DNA of 64,000 nt from the human T2T-CHM13v2.0 reference genome, Homo sapiens (GCF_009914755.1 NC_060927.1); one strand, 5' to 3'; positions 26,352 to 39,185 are shown, counted from the stretch's first letter. The notes: generated by a model not told the origin, from the letters alone. A program made the numbers and translations.

Positions 26352-26901
26352 TAGGTCAGTTATCTATTACAAATGGATGGTTATACTGTATAAAACCATC
26401 TAAAGCTCTGTGGCTCAAATGAATAAGCTTATATTATTTATATGAGCCTATGAATCTGCTGGACAGTTCTACTAATCCAGACCATGCTCAGCTCATCTCA
26501 GCTGGGCTCACTCATGCATCTGTAGAAATCTGACATATCAACTAGAAGCTGCCTGGCCTAGAATAAGTTTACTCATTTCTTGCTGTGTGCTGGTTGCTAG
26601 TTGGGGTGATAGAGATAATTGGACCAGACATATCTCACCATCTGCCTGGGCTTGTTCACATACTGGTGGTGGATTCCAAGGGAAAGAACAGAAGAGATCA
26701 AAGCCTCTTGAGACCTGAGCTCAGAACTGGCAAATTAACTCCTCTGGTGCTTTCTGTTGACCAAAGCAAGTTACCAGGCTAGTCTGGATTTAAGGGGGAA
26801 ATAATGGATTCTACCAGTGGTAAGGGAGGAGCTGGTCACATTGCAAGGGACATGAATAGAAAGTGAGGAATTGGGGACATTTTGGCAATCGATCTACCAC
26901 A
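26352..26901 (-). mobile_element. MaLR solo LTR (MLT1H-like)
   Basis: tcagctgggctcactcatgcatctg, ctgggcttgttcacat, ttgaccaaagcaagttaccaggc, ends gcaatcgatctaccaca. Confidence 0.8.
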
Positions 26902-27034
26902 AGTTCCTTCTTCATAGCCTCAATTACTGATAGAATGCTGCTACAGAGATTTTGCTTGCCAGTCATTTTACACAATTATCTGACTTCTGTTTGTGTTTTA
27001 TAACTTACTGTGATACATAAAACTACAATGCAAA

Positions 27035-27155
27035 CCCTTAGATTTTTGTAAGCTCCTTGAAGAAAAAGTACATATCTCATTCATTTCTTTATCTGCCATG
27101 GCACAGAGTGCATTGCACCAAGTAATCTCTCAAAATATTGATAGAATCAATGATA
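27035..27155 (+). mobile_element. L2 3' end
   Basis: tgtaagctccttgaag ... ctcaaaatattgatagaatcaatga. Confidence 0.6.
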
Positions 27156-28883
27156 TGAACCTGCAATTAAAAGCACATGGAGTGTCATGTTTAAATGTCC
27201 CTTCCCATCTGTTTGCCTTAACAAGAACATGAAAACACGCTTTCAACATACTTTCCCAATATTATTTAGGTTGCTAATATACTTCCCTATTTGATGGGGT
27301 AAAGATCTGAAACACATTAAATTTATGTGACCTGCTAACAGTCATCTGGTGCCTTGTGGAAAGAGATAAGGATTGATTTCTTCAGATAGTTAAAATGCTG
27401 GCCACAAGCAACAAAAACAAAACAATGCAAACCAATCATGAACAGAAGCAGAGGAGCCAGAGATCTGTCCTACGCTACAGAAACACAAAACCTATCACTC
27501 ATCAAACATTTTCCTTAGTTGAGCCAAGATAATGATGTGAATAAAGGGTTAAATAAGCCTTTACACAAAAGCATGTAAATTACTTCCAGAAGTGCCTAAC
27601 TATCTGGAGATAAGTTCCTTGTAAAATAACTGAATTATAAAGACAACCTGTCCTCACTCATATAATTTGTGAGACACTTAACTGCTAGGAAACTCTGATA
27701 CTATTAAAGGAGCTTTTTCTCATTTTTCGCCAAGGATGTTTTATATAAATATATGCACAGAGAGAATGATATTTTTACAAAAGGAAAAGAAAGAGGAAAG
27801 CTTCTTAGCTAAGGGTATTTGCTTTTTACATTTGCAAATGTATTTCTGTCAACTTTTAAGAGTTGGAAGGGAATGAGATAGATGTATGTTTTAAAAAAGT
27901 GACTTCAGAAAAATTGGAGAGAGGAATAATTTTTAGTTAGATTTTAGCTCATTAAAGAATATTCTAATTTCTTTTGGAGATACTGTATTTTCTCATATGC
28001 TAGTTACAAAGGAAAACTAAAAGTATTTAAATTAAATTTGAATTTTAAGACTTTGTTTTAAATGAAACCAACACCAATGTATACTGAAAAAGGAGAGTAG
28101 TATCTTTATCATGGATAACATAATTATTACAGGGTATGAATTCAATCACAATAATCTATAACATTAGTGGAATAAAATGATAATATTGATGTAAACTATT
28201 GTATTCATAAAAGTTATTCTTCTTTTTAATATAACATGGGCAGTCAGGTTTCGGTCTTATAACCCCAAATTTTTATTTTGCTTAAGCAATCCAGATCTTA
28301 TTACCTTAGGCAAACACTATTCAGGAGAAAAGTGGATCATGTAAATACCTTTAATATTATTCATGAATTTTACTCCACAGTAGGTTGGAAATATGCTATG
28401 GATATTCTCTTATGAATGACCTTATTTAACTTCTGATATTGCATTTCTGCATTTTTTCATTATAATTATAAATGCTTTGATTTACCTCCCAGCTACAGAT
28501 TTTGTGTTCTTTTGTTTCTACCTTTTGTTCCAGTTTTCTTAACTATGTTTCTCTCTTCATTTACTCTCTTACTGTTTTTTCTCTCCATCCTTACAGGCCT
28601 CTTGGCACCAATTCATATCAGCAGTCAGGAATGCAGGCTGAAGTTAATAAGCTTAACTTTAGACAACACACAAATTTAAATGTGTGTGTGTTTTTTTAAT
28701 CAGCCTATAATTTATGACTACCTCACAGTGTGTCATCCACTGGCAGAAATGAAACCACTAAATATTTCTGCTACAGGACAGCTTTGTTAAGCAGTGCTGC
28801 TCATATCACATGAGATCCTTTGTGTACACTGTGACCTCAGAAAAATGAAAAAATATACAATATCAAAAACTAGACAAAATTAC

Positions 28884-29176
<293 letters not shown>

Positions 29177-29325
29177 GACAAAATTGCTTTTTATACTTCA
29201 TACATTAATATATTTCCTAGACCCTATAAATAATATTTCCACTTCAGTGAGATAAATTTGAGTTAAGCTGAACATCCTTAGGAAATTGTGTCCAGAATTG
29301 GAGTAAAGATCTAAAATAAGTAATG

Positions 29326-29660
29326 AGGCACAGTGGCTCATGTCTGTAATCTCAGTATTTTGGGAGGCCGAGGCAGGCGGATCACTTGAGTTTAGGAGTT
29401 TGAGACCAGCCTGGTCAACATGGTGAAACCCTGTCTCTACTAAAAATACAAAAATTAGCTGGGCGTGGTGATGGGCACCTGTAATCTCAGCTACTCAGGA
29501 GGCTGAGGTGGGGAGAATCGCTTGATCCCAGGAGGTAGAGGTTGCAGTGAGCCAAGATTGCACCAATGCAGTCCAGCCTGAAAGACAGAGTGAGACTCTG
29601 TCTCAAAAAAAGGAAAAAAAAAGCATAACATAAAATAAAAAAATAAGTAAAATAAAATAA
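29326..29660 (+). mobile_element. AluS with degenerate A-rich tail
   Basis: Sense dimer lacking the first few bases; (taaaa)n-type tail. Confidence 0.92.
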
Positions 29661-29711
29661 GACTAAGTAATACAATGTATTTTCTTTTATAGTTCAGCTA
29701 TCCATACTCAC

Positions 29712-30780
29712 GTTCATTCATGCCATTTGTTCATTCATTCAGTTAATAAATATTGAGCATCTACAATGTCCCCAGGCACTATCCCAAGCATTGGGGACAG
29801 GGCAGTGAACAAAACAAATTTTTTGATCTGTTGGAGTTTATATTTTTAATTGGGGGAGACAGAAAAGAAATAAATAGACTATTGATCAGGTGCTGATGAA
29901 TGCTAGAATGAGCAGTAAATCCGGTGTAATTTTAGAGAGCTGGAACTCTGGAGGAGTGTACTTTGAAAGGTATGTGCTTGATGTTTTCAGGAAGAGGAGG
30001 GAAAACCAGTTTGGCTAGAGAGATGAATGAAGAGCGAGTACAGAGGAGATGAGTTTCCATAGGTAGGTGTGGGGGTTGGTGCAGACCCTATGGAGGAGAC
30101 TGGGGGGCATTCTTGCTTAGCCCTGTGGGCCAAGGAAAAGGTTCAGAATGTTACTGAGTAATATGTGAAGTCATTAGAGGGTTTTGAGCAGAAAAAAAGA
30201 TAAGATCTGACATTAAAAAGACCTTTTTTACCATCATAATCATTTGTAAGTGTACAATTCAGTAGTGTCAACTATATGCACATTGCTGTGCTACAGCTCT
30301 CTAGCACTTTTCATCTTGCAAAACTGAAACTGTAGACTCATGGGACCACTCCCCGCTTCTCCCCACTCCTACCCTCACCCCTGGCAACCATCATTCTACT
30401 TTCTGTTTCTATGAGTTTGACAATTTTAGATACCTCATATGAGTAGAATTATATGGTATCTGTCTTTTCAAGACTGCCTTATTTCACTTTGATTTTTTTT
30501 TACTTCATTATGTTATCTTTACGCTATAGCTTCTGTGTGTGGAGGGGGTATAAGACTACCCCCTCTTATACCGTGTGGAGGGCGAAGGTGAAAGCAGAGA
30601 TCCAAATGTTTATGTTATTGCAATGCTATAGGCAAGAGATGATGATACCTTGAACTAGGCTGTAGCAGTTGAGGTGGTAGCAAGTGAATAGAATCTGGAT
30701 AGATTTCGAAGGTAAACTTACTCAGACTGGGTAATATTTTGGACACATAATGTGAGACAAAGAGAAATAGGATGTGGATC
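29712..30780 (-). mobile_element. L2 interrupted by an L1MB fragment
   Basis: ttcattcattcagttaataaatattgagcatctacaatgtcccaggcact start; gggttttgagcag; resumes aggcaagagatgatgataccttgaactagg. Confidence 0.78.
30226..30490 (-). mobile_element. L1MB 3' fragment
   Basis: aagtgtacaattcagtagtg, tcatcttgcaaaactgaaact, cccctggcaaccatcattctactttctgtttctatgagtttgac. Confidence 0.82.
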
Positions 30781-30799
30781 GTTATATGGTGAATTTCCC

Positions 30800-32450
30800 A
30801 AATAACTTAATCATCAATCCCTTATTCATTATTGAGAATAATCTTTATAAAATCTGATAAAATTCTGCCTGCCTTCTAAAATAGCATGCAAATGCTAAAT
30901 CAGCTATTTGATGGCTCAGGGTTACTATTTTGAACTTGAGTTTTTGTATCTGTTTTGAATATAGGTGTGAATATATTAAAAGTGTGTGAGAAATCTGACT
31001 GTCCAAGGCAATATGATACTGAACATTTTCCAGGCAGAAGAAAAGATGATCTGATTTGACCGCACAGCAGCCACACCCCACAAAATATGTTGGAAAATAA
31101 TAGAGAGGGTCTGTTGTAAAGCAGTTCCTCTGTCCTCCTAACAAGGTTTACTCAGCATTATCTGAATGTGGGAGAAGCTAGTTGAAACCTGTGATGCAAC
31201 GAAGCTAGAGAAAGTGAGGGTGGCCGTAGGGGAAGGATCTTACTTTTATTTTTTATTGTAATGTTAGAGACAAATGGGAAAAAGAATTCTATAAACAGAC
31301 TTTTTTATCCCCCTAAATGGATAGGAATACTAAACATAGCCATTGAGAAATATCGTTAAGGTTTAAAAGTTATTGGTTCTTGTTTCAAACTATGCAATGA
31401 AAACCCAGGTATATGCAGCTTGAGATTAAAAAAAAAAAAACAGATGGTTTGCAGCATGCCACATTCCTCATGAGACCATATGAGATGTAATGAAAGGACA
31501 CCCGTCTCCTAGGCTGTGCTTCTCTTCCTATCATTGTGTCCTGTATTCCCTTGATTGACAAGAGGAGAAGCAGCAATGTTCATTGGGAGCTGTGTGCTGG
31601 CTGTGTGTACTTTTTTTGATCATTCTTAAAGCATGTCAGGCAGAATTTTGCAATTAGCTGAAAAGGCACGCAATTCAGTTTCACTTTGCTGAACCCAATC
31701 TGTAGGATTGACAGCATGCCTTTAATAGATTCCTTCAGTAGATAATTAGACCAGTTTAACGCAAGCAATGCATGAATTAACATTTGCACTTCGGTATGAA
31801 TATTCAGGGCTACCGTGCTTTTGGTGGTGTGAGTTGTTTCTCCAGGATTTGCAGAAGTGCCTATTAGGTGCTTGTAATGTATTGATTAGTACAGAATGGC
31901 ACCAATTAGAGGGTGTAGGAACATCTCTGGAGTCAGAGATGATACATTTATTGGTGATATTTATGCTTTTTTCTGTAAACTCTAACCCAGACAACAGATT
32001 GCCTGCTTCAACTAGTCATATGCTTTGGTTTTGATGTGAATTTTACTTTAAATTACTATGCAGAAAACTACTAAGTTTCCTGGCTTTTCCTGGAATTATG
32101 CCATCTGTTCATTTCTCCACTTTCTATGAAATTTTTCATCTGTAAAATTAACCCAAAAGATCTCATGCTCTACATATTGTGAATAATTGAATAAATAAAT
32201 AAACCAATCATTTCGCTATTGAAACTTATCTTTTGTAGTATTAAAAATGACTGTGGCACAGCTTGCTAAAGCATCAAATATCAGTTGCAAATTTTATTTG
32301 CATGTATCTGGGAATTCCAAAGAATTTTATGCTATTTACAAAATAATCTCTGAGAATATAAAAACTTAAATGTGCACACCTTTAAAATAAACCTACTCAC
32401 GGAACTTGGAGGAGGAGGAAGGGATTAGGTATATTGCCTGAGAATAAATC
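30800..32450. promoter_or_regulatory. Candidate developmental enhancer / conserved non-coding element
   Basis: 1.6 kb without recognisable repeat; octamers at 30886 and 32296, PBX-MEIS-like decamers at 31552 and 31705, CAATTA/TAATTA at 31651, 31743 and 31903, TATTGATT at 31880. Confidence 0.4.
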
Positions 32451-32520
32451 CAGTTGATGCCTTTGTATGACGTTTAAAAGAAAAATAAAATTTAATTATC
32501 TTCCAAAACTCAAAGAGGTT

Positions 32521-32760
32521 GTATCGTATGGGAGTTGACAGCATGAATTCTGGAGCCAGAATTCCTGGAAATGAACCCAGCCGTAATACTTACTAGCTGT
32601 GTGACCTTGGGAAAGTTAACGAACCTCTCAGTTCCCTAACCTGTAAATAATGATGATAGCAATAGTACCTCTTTATAGGGTTGTCGTGGGGATTAAGGAA
32701 GTTTAATATATATAAAGCATTTAGAGTGTCTAGTACTATGTAAGCATTGTGTGTTTGCTC
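32521..32760 (+). mobile_element. MIR, near full length
   Basis: ctggagccaga, acttactagctgtgtgaccttgggaaagtta, atagtacctctttatagggttgtcgtggggattaa. Confidence 0.85.
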
Positions 32761-32984
32761 TTCATATTTGTTCATTAATATACATAAACTGGAGACACTT
32801 TGAAATGATCTTTTCTAAAACATGTAAAACATTAAATGTAAACTTTAAAGTACTTCAAATACTTCTTACTAACAAGAGGTTACAACTATTCACAGAGATG
32901 TAAACTTTGGGTCTCCTTCCCTTCCCCAGTCTGCAAGCCCGTGAGTCTTCCCCTCTGTTCCTTTCCCTTTTTAAGACTTAATAA

Positions 32985-33364
<380 letters not shown>

Positions 33365-34734
33365 TCAACTAAATGATTTTAAATGTCCCTTCTCTGTGAT
33401 TTTCAATGTAGCAGTCCTATATTTTAGTTATGCAGCAAGGATGCATATATGGATTTTGTAGGAACATCAGTTTACAATCTATGTGTTATCCCACTCAGGG
33501 CATTAGGGCATTTGGATCAAGATATGAAAAGACTGTTAAGAAGCTTCCTTCTGCTCTAATTGAAAATGCCCCCCAGGCCTGACTCTCAGTAGGAGGAGAG
33601 CCATGCTGCTGTCAAAAAAGTGAAGTAGAAAATGGAACCCCTCTGTGGAGAAGTAAGTGGATACCCTACCCAGCAGGAAAGAAGAGTTGTGTTACTCCTG
33701 AGGTAATTTAGGAATAGCCTGAAGGCTATCTATTCTTTCTTTATAGTTTTTCTAAGTGTTAAGTAAATAAAAGTTGCCTAAATTGAGTTGGTGAGAGACC
33801 TCAGCTCTCAGAGTCTAATGAACGCTGTCTGCCCATGAGAGCTTGGGCGTCTTTTGTCTCTCACATGTTGCTCTTCTAATGACAGAATTCTTATTCTTTG
33901 AAACATTGCTTCTGCAGAGGCCAGGGCAAGGGAGCTGAGTGAGGCTATGTTCCCAATATGTCCAAGAGAATTGAAGGATGCTTTCTGGCCAATACTAATA
34001 ACGTGAAACAAAACTTATCTGTGGCTTTTTAATTGAGATTAATCAGATATAGTATAATAAAACTTTTTTTTCTCTTAATAGTGTGCATGATGAATGCCAG
34101 TGTCTTATATCTGCAGGGAAGTCGGAATATTGCCAAATCTAAAACTCCTCAAACTCTTCGGTAAAAACAATACCATACTATTCATGTATTTGTTTATTTA
34201 GGGAGATTTAAGGGATTGAAACACTTGATTTTATATCAGAAGTGCTTCAATTGAGATTAGCGCTGCCTTAACACAGGATGAATGCCTTGGGGGCATTCTG
34301 GAGATTTTTCTATTAGGAAGTCAGTACCCTTTTGAGTGTGTGTGTGTTTGAGGTGGGGGAAGGAAGACTTTTTTAACTCAGTCTCAGATTAAAGATAATC
34401 ACCCTACGTGCATCAATATCGGGATTCTGGGAGATGCCTTTTGTCAACACATGGTTAAAACTGATTTCCCACAGCATAGATAAATTAGACTAAAGGTTAG
34501 TTTTTCAAATATCTATCAGATTAGACGGGAATGCCAGCATCACTCCCACTCCTAAATTTTTCTCTTTGGGTGTATATTTGCAAACAGAAAAAGAAAAAAG
34601 TTTTCTCTCTCCCAAGCTTAAGCCAGCTAGGATTTTCCTAGTTTCCCTGTCTTCTGATTTTAGTTTTGTGATTTTGTAAATTTAAGTTGTGAAATAAAAA
34701 ACAAGATTAGCATCCAGTTTCCTACAGGTACTAG

Positions 34735-35077
<343 letters not shown>

Positions 35078-35087
35078 CTCTTTTGAG

Positions 35088-35192
35088 ATATATATATATA
35101 TACACACACACACACATATATATATACATGTATATATATATGTGTGTGTGTGTGTGTGTATATATATGTGTATATATATATATGTATATATA
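35088..35192. repeat. Compound (TA)n(CA)n(TA)n(TG)n microsatellite, palindromic
   Basis: Alternating purine-pyrimidine tract; perfect inverted symmetry over 35102-35155 centred on CA|TG. Confidence 0.95.
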
Positions 35193-35543
35193 CTTTTAAG
35201 TTCTAGGGTACACGTGCACAACGTGCAGGTTTGTTACATAGGTATACATGTGCCATGTTGGTTTGCTGCACCCATTAACTCGTCATTTACATTAGGTATT
35301 TCTCCTAATGCTATCCTTCCCCCCTCCTCCCACCCCAAGACAGGCCTCAGTGTGTGATGTTCCCCACCCTGTGTCCATGTGTTCTCACTGCTCAACTCCC
35401 ACCTAATGAGAACTTGCGGTGTTTGGTTTTTTGTACTTGTGATAGTTTGCTTAGAATGATGGTTTCTAGCTTCATCCATGTCCCTGCAAAGGACAGGAAC
35501 TCATCCGTTTTTTATGGCTGCATAATATTCCATGGTGTATATG
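35190..35543 (-). mobile_element. L1PA (PA5-PA7-like) 5'-truncated 3' end
   Basis: tttaagttctagggtacacgtgcacaacgtgcaggtttgttacataggtatacatgtgccatgttgg, the standard L1PA 3' UTR in antisense. Confidence 0.92.
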
Positions 35544-35977
35544 GGGCACTGCACATATTTCAAAAGCAGGTTGCGTTGTTGGAAGAAAAGTGCGAAATAT
35601 AACATTAAAATAAAGAGAAATACGAGATTTCATAATCAGCTGAGTTAAAATTTGGGAATTTTAGCTTGTGCTGCCTTACTATGGGGGAAAAGGCTAGAAA
35701 AAATGTTCAGAATCTTTGTGTTGCTCCACTTCTTTAAAATGCCATATTAAGGAGTAATCATTTATACAGGAAACTTAACTAAAGCTATACAGTTTAACAT
35801 GATACGACACTGAGTAAAATAGGGTGTAATTGTCTTTTTAAAATGATGACTTTATGATTAAATTCCAATATGAAAAACTCTATAAACATGTAGTCAACAA
35901 AAGGAATGTAAAAAGTTGGAACAGGTGAAGTTACCCGTGTATTGCTAACAGAAAACATGTGCATTTCTCTCCTGCAG

Positions 35978-36066
35978 CTCCACTTTCATTAACACCAAGT
36001 ATGAGAACAGATATTACAGCTACGTTTATTACTCAAGATTGTGCCTTTCATATGGGCGTGTGGGAT
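35978..36066 (+). other. Candidate internal exon (89 nt)
   Basis: Branch point tgctaac 35943-35949, acceptor tttctctcctgcag, donor GAT|GTGAGT; two of three frames open; unique CpG-retaining sequence. Confidence 0.4.
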
Positions 36067-36185
36067 GTGAGTTATGCATTAGAAGTTGTCACTATTGTTC
36101 TTAAGTGCGTATTCCCTGATGTACGTCGTTGCCTTCTTAGTTCTCATTTTGCCTTTTTATTTTTTATCTGCCATTTATTTCTCAG

Positions 36186-36200
36186 GGTACATACTCATTA
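36186..36200 (+). other. Candidate 15-nt microexon
   Basis: Long pyrimidine tract with TGC (ttttatctgccatttatttctcag), GGTACATACTCATTA, donor GTAAGT. Confidence 0.3.
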
Positions 36201-36544
36201 GTAAGTTAAACTTTTCTTTTTTTTTAAATTTTAATTTAAGGCAAAAGTGTGTAGCTGAAAATATCTTTTCCTTAAGCCCATTTTAAAAGTTCTATTGTTG
36301 AAACGTTGAGTTGTACAGAATATAAATAATCCCTGAGTTGAAAGTTTTGTGAAAATATTTCAAACTAATATTCTCATTTCCTCCCTATTTGCTTTACGTG
36401 TTTCCCTATAAAAGATGTAAATATTGAACCAGATATTTCTTCCAGATCTAAGACCAGGAGTGCCTTGAATTATATTGAACTCAGCAAGATCATGTGTTGC
36501 TAACATTGTAAATAGTTGGAAATTTGGTGAATATCAAACCTAAA

Positions 36545-36743
36545 TATAGTGTCAGACAAATCTGCCTTCACATCTCAAGGTTATCTAGGTAACCTTGCTC
36601 AAGATACTCAACCTTTGTGAATCTTGACTGCCTTATCTGTAACATAGGAATAATAATATGTGTCTATTTCCCCAGGGTTGTTATCGAAGACTGAATGAAA
36701 TGCCTCATATCAAGCACTTTTCTTGGTGACTGGTCCATTACAG
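36545..36743 (+). mobile_element. MIR
   Basis: gtaaccttgctcaagatactcaaccttt ... ccttatctgtaacataggaataataat ... cagggttgtt. Confidence 0.7.
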
Positions 36744-37197
36744 TGAGAAAATAAAAGAATTTTATCCGAAGAATGCCCGTCTCTTTAATGATCAAGCCCA
36801 GAGAGACAGTCGAATGAGACAGCAATTATTTTCTACTTCCCCCTTTGAGCTATGTATTCATCTCTTAAAATTGCTTGCTATTGTCACAAGTAGTTATACA
36901 TTACCCTAATAATGCCACACCAGACACTATAACCCACACCTATAGCTTAACAACGTATAGCCAATCACTGATCAATGTTATTTCTGTAAACCTGTCGGAA
37001 TTTCTGATATACAACTTTGTGTCAGCCTACTCCCTGTTTCCCTTATTTTACTTTTAAGAATCCATTTGTAACTGCTGCTAATCAGAGTGTATATTCAGGG
37101 CAACTTAAATCTCTGCTTTCCAGTTGCAGTTCTCAAGCTTGGCCCAAATAAACTCTGCTTGCATTAATTTAGCTTTAGCTTCTTCCTTTTAGGCCAA
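36744..37197 (+). mobile_element. ERV1-class (MER4-group) solo LTR
   Basis: TG start, gtatagccaatcact, ctcaagcttggcccaaataaactct, ends ccttttaggccaa; interrupts the MIR. Confidence 0.7.
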
Positions 37198-37349
37198 GGA
37201 TAGGTACCTAACAAATTGTAGCTCCTTCCTTCCTTTCTCCCAAGGAAAGGAATTTGAACAAGGATGCTGTTGGTATTAATGTTCTTGCTTCTCTAGCTTG
37301 TTTTCATTAATGAAAATTTTAAAAATAATTTTTTATTTTGTTTTTATGA

Positions 37350-37910
37350 TAGATAAGATACCCATTGTAAATAATAAATTGGTGATATCTTTACTATACA
37401 GTGGGTAGGAATAACTATTAGTTAAAATTTTTGCAAGGTAGTCTGATATGTAATAAGAGCCCTAAAATCTGTGTATCTTCAACATCCTTATCCTAACTAA
37501 TTAATCGGAGAAGCATATAAATTCTTATGTAGCATTATCTATAATATTGAGAAATATTATAATATTTGGAGGCAAACTAAATATATGTTATTTAGGGATT
37601 GGTTAACAAATATTTAAAACATGCTCATTATTTGAATATTTTGAAGACATTAAAAATAATGCTGTAGACACTCATACATTTATGTGGAAAAATAATTGTT
37701 ATATATTATTAAGAGAAGGAAATATATAACAAAACTATATTATCCATGTTAAACATATTTTTCAAATTTAATTTGAATAAATATATGTATATGAATGTTC
37801 TCAGTTGACGTCTCTCACTGGGTAATGTGGTTGCTTTATATATATATATATTTCTTGCTATTTGCTACATTTTGTTATTGTCAGAGTTTTAAAAAATGAG
37901 CATTGTGTAA
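37350..37910 (+). mobile_element. Old L1 (L1ME-like) 3' fragment
   Basis: gtagcattatctataatattgagaaa, tagggattggttaacaaat, cattaaaaataatgctgtaga. Confidence 0.55.
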
Positions 37911-38198
37911 AAATAAGCATATTTGGGAAGATGTCCATCATTTAAAAATTTCATTAATATGTAAAATTACTAAGGTAGCACACACTGAAAATTCAAACAA
38001 TATTAAATATATTAAATATGAAATGAGACTTTATTCTACTTCCTCCATGCATTTCATTGATAAACAGTAAAAAATAATGATTAAAAAAGATCATTAGTAA
38101 AAATAATCACACTCTTCTACTCTAACTCCCTCTCCTGACAGCAAGCCACAGAAGTAAAGCACAGAACAAGTTTCCTCCATAAATAATTTGGTGAAAAA

Positions 38199-38228
38199 AG
38201 CCAATATATTTTGAGAACCGTGACGTCA
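38199..38228 (+). promoter_or_regulatory. CCAAT box plus full palindromic CRE
   Basis: AGCCAAT at 38199-38205 and TGACGTCA at 38221-38228 in unique, CpG-retaining sequence. Confidence 0.45.
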
Positions 38229-38989
38229 TTGTTAACTTTTTCTCCTGTGATGTTTACCATCGTAACCTCATTTGAGGCTTTACATGAATTCAGAATGAAA
38301 AACTCATTGCATTCGCAAAGATGAAAAACCGTTTCTCCTATGCAGAACACACCTGCCCAGCCGTTGTGTGAAATTACCCTAACAACATTCTATTGGAAGC
38401 TTGCTGTGACACAATAAAGAGGAATGTACACCCAATCTACCTAGACCAGACCAAACAGAGCTGTTATATGGAACGGGACCTGGGGAGATTTGACTAAACA
38501 GAGCCAGGAAATCATACCTGGTTTAAATATCCATAATCACAACTAAAGTTGCTTTCTCTTAATTAACACGGAATCACTTGAAAGGTGTCTGTTATATAAT
38601 CCTGCTGAGGAGCAAATGCTTCAAGGTACACATGGTGGGAAAGAACGTTCATTTTTCATTCTTAGATTACATTAACTGTGAATGGATCTCAAGGGATTTA
38701 AATCATGTAGGAGCAGAAAATTACCCTTTTTAGCAGCTTTGAGAAGTAAGGTAGCAGTCAGAAATGTCATCACTAGTTGTCTTGAGCAGGATGTTATCAC
38801 TATCAGTAAATGAATATTTTATCACATTATATCCTCTTAATTAGGTTTCACTCTCTTTGGGCCATCTTCCTTTTGAAGAACATGAGAAATTTGTAGTTTT
38901 CATTGCAAGCTGCCTAACAGGAGAGTCTGGAGTTAGTGGCCCTCCATCTCAACATGGGCAAGGCCAAGTGGACTGCCAAAGTCACGAGG

Positions 38990-39185
38990 CTCGGGATTTG
39001 CCTTTCCACCTTGGACAAGTCTCTCTACCTCTCTCAGCCTCAGCTTCCACGTCTGTGAAATGTGGAGAATTTATTTCTTTCATATTTATTGAGCCCCACT
39101 GTATACCAGACAGTCTGCTAAGCATAAGAAAAGAAGATGAATGCAATGAGAAGTTATTTGTCCTTAAGGAATGTGACTGAGACAG
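38990..39185. mobile_element. MIR core (+) followed by L2 3' end (-)
   Basis: accttggacaagtctct..gcctcagcttccacgtctgtgaaatg; catatttattgagccccactgtataccagaca. Confidence 0.6.
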
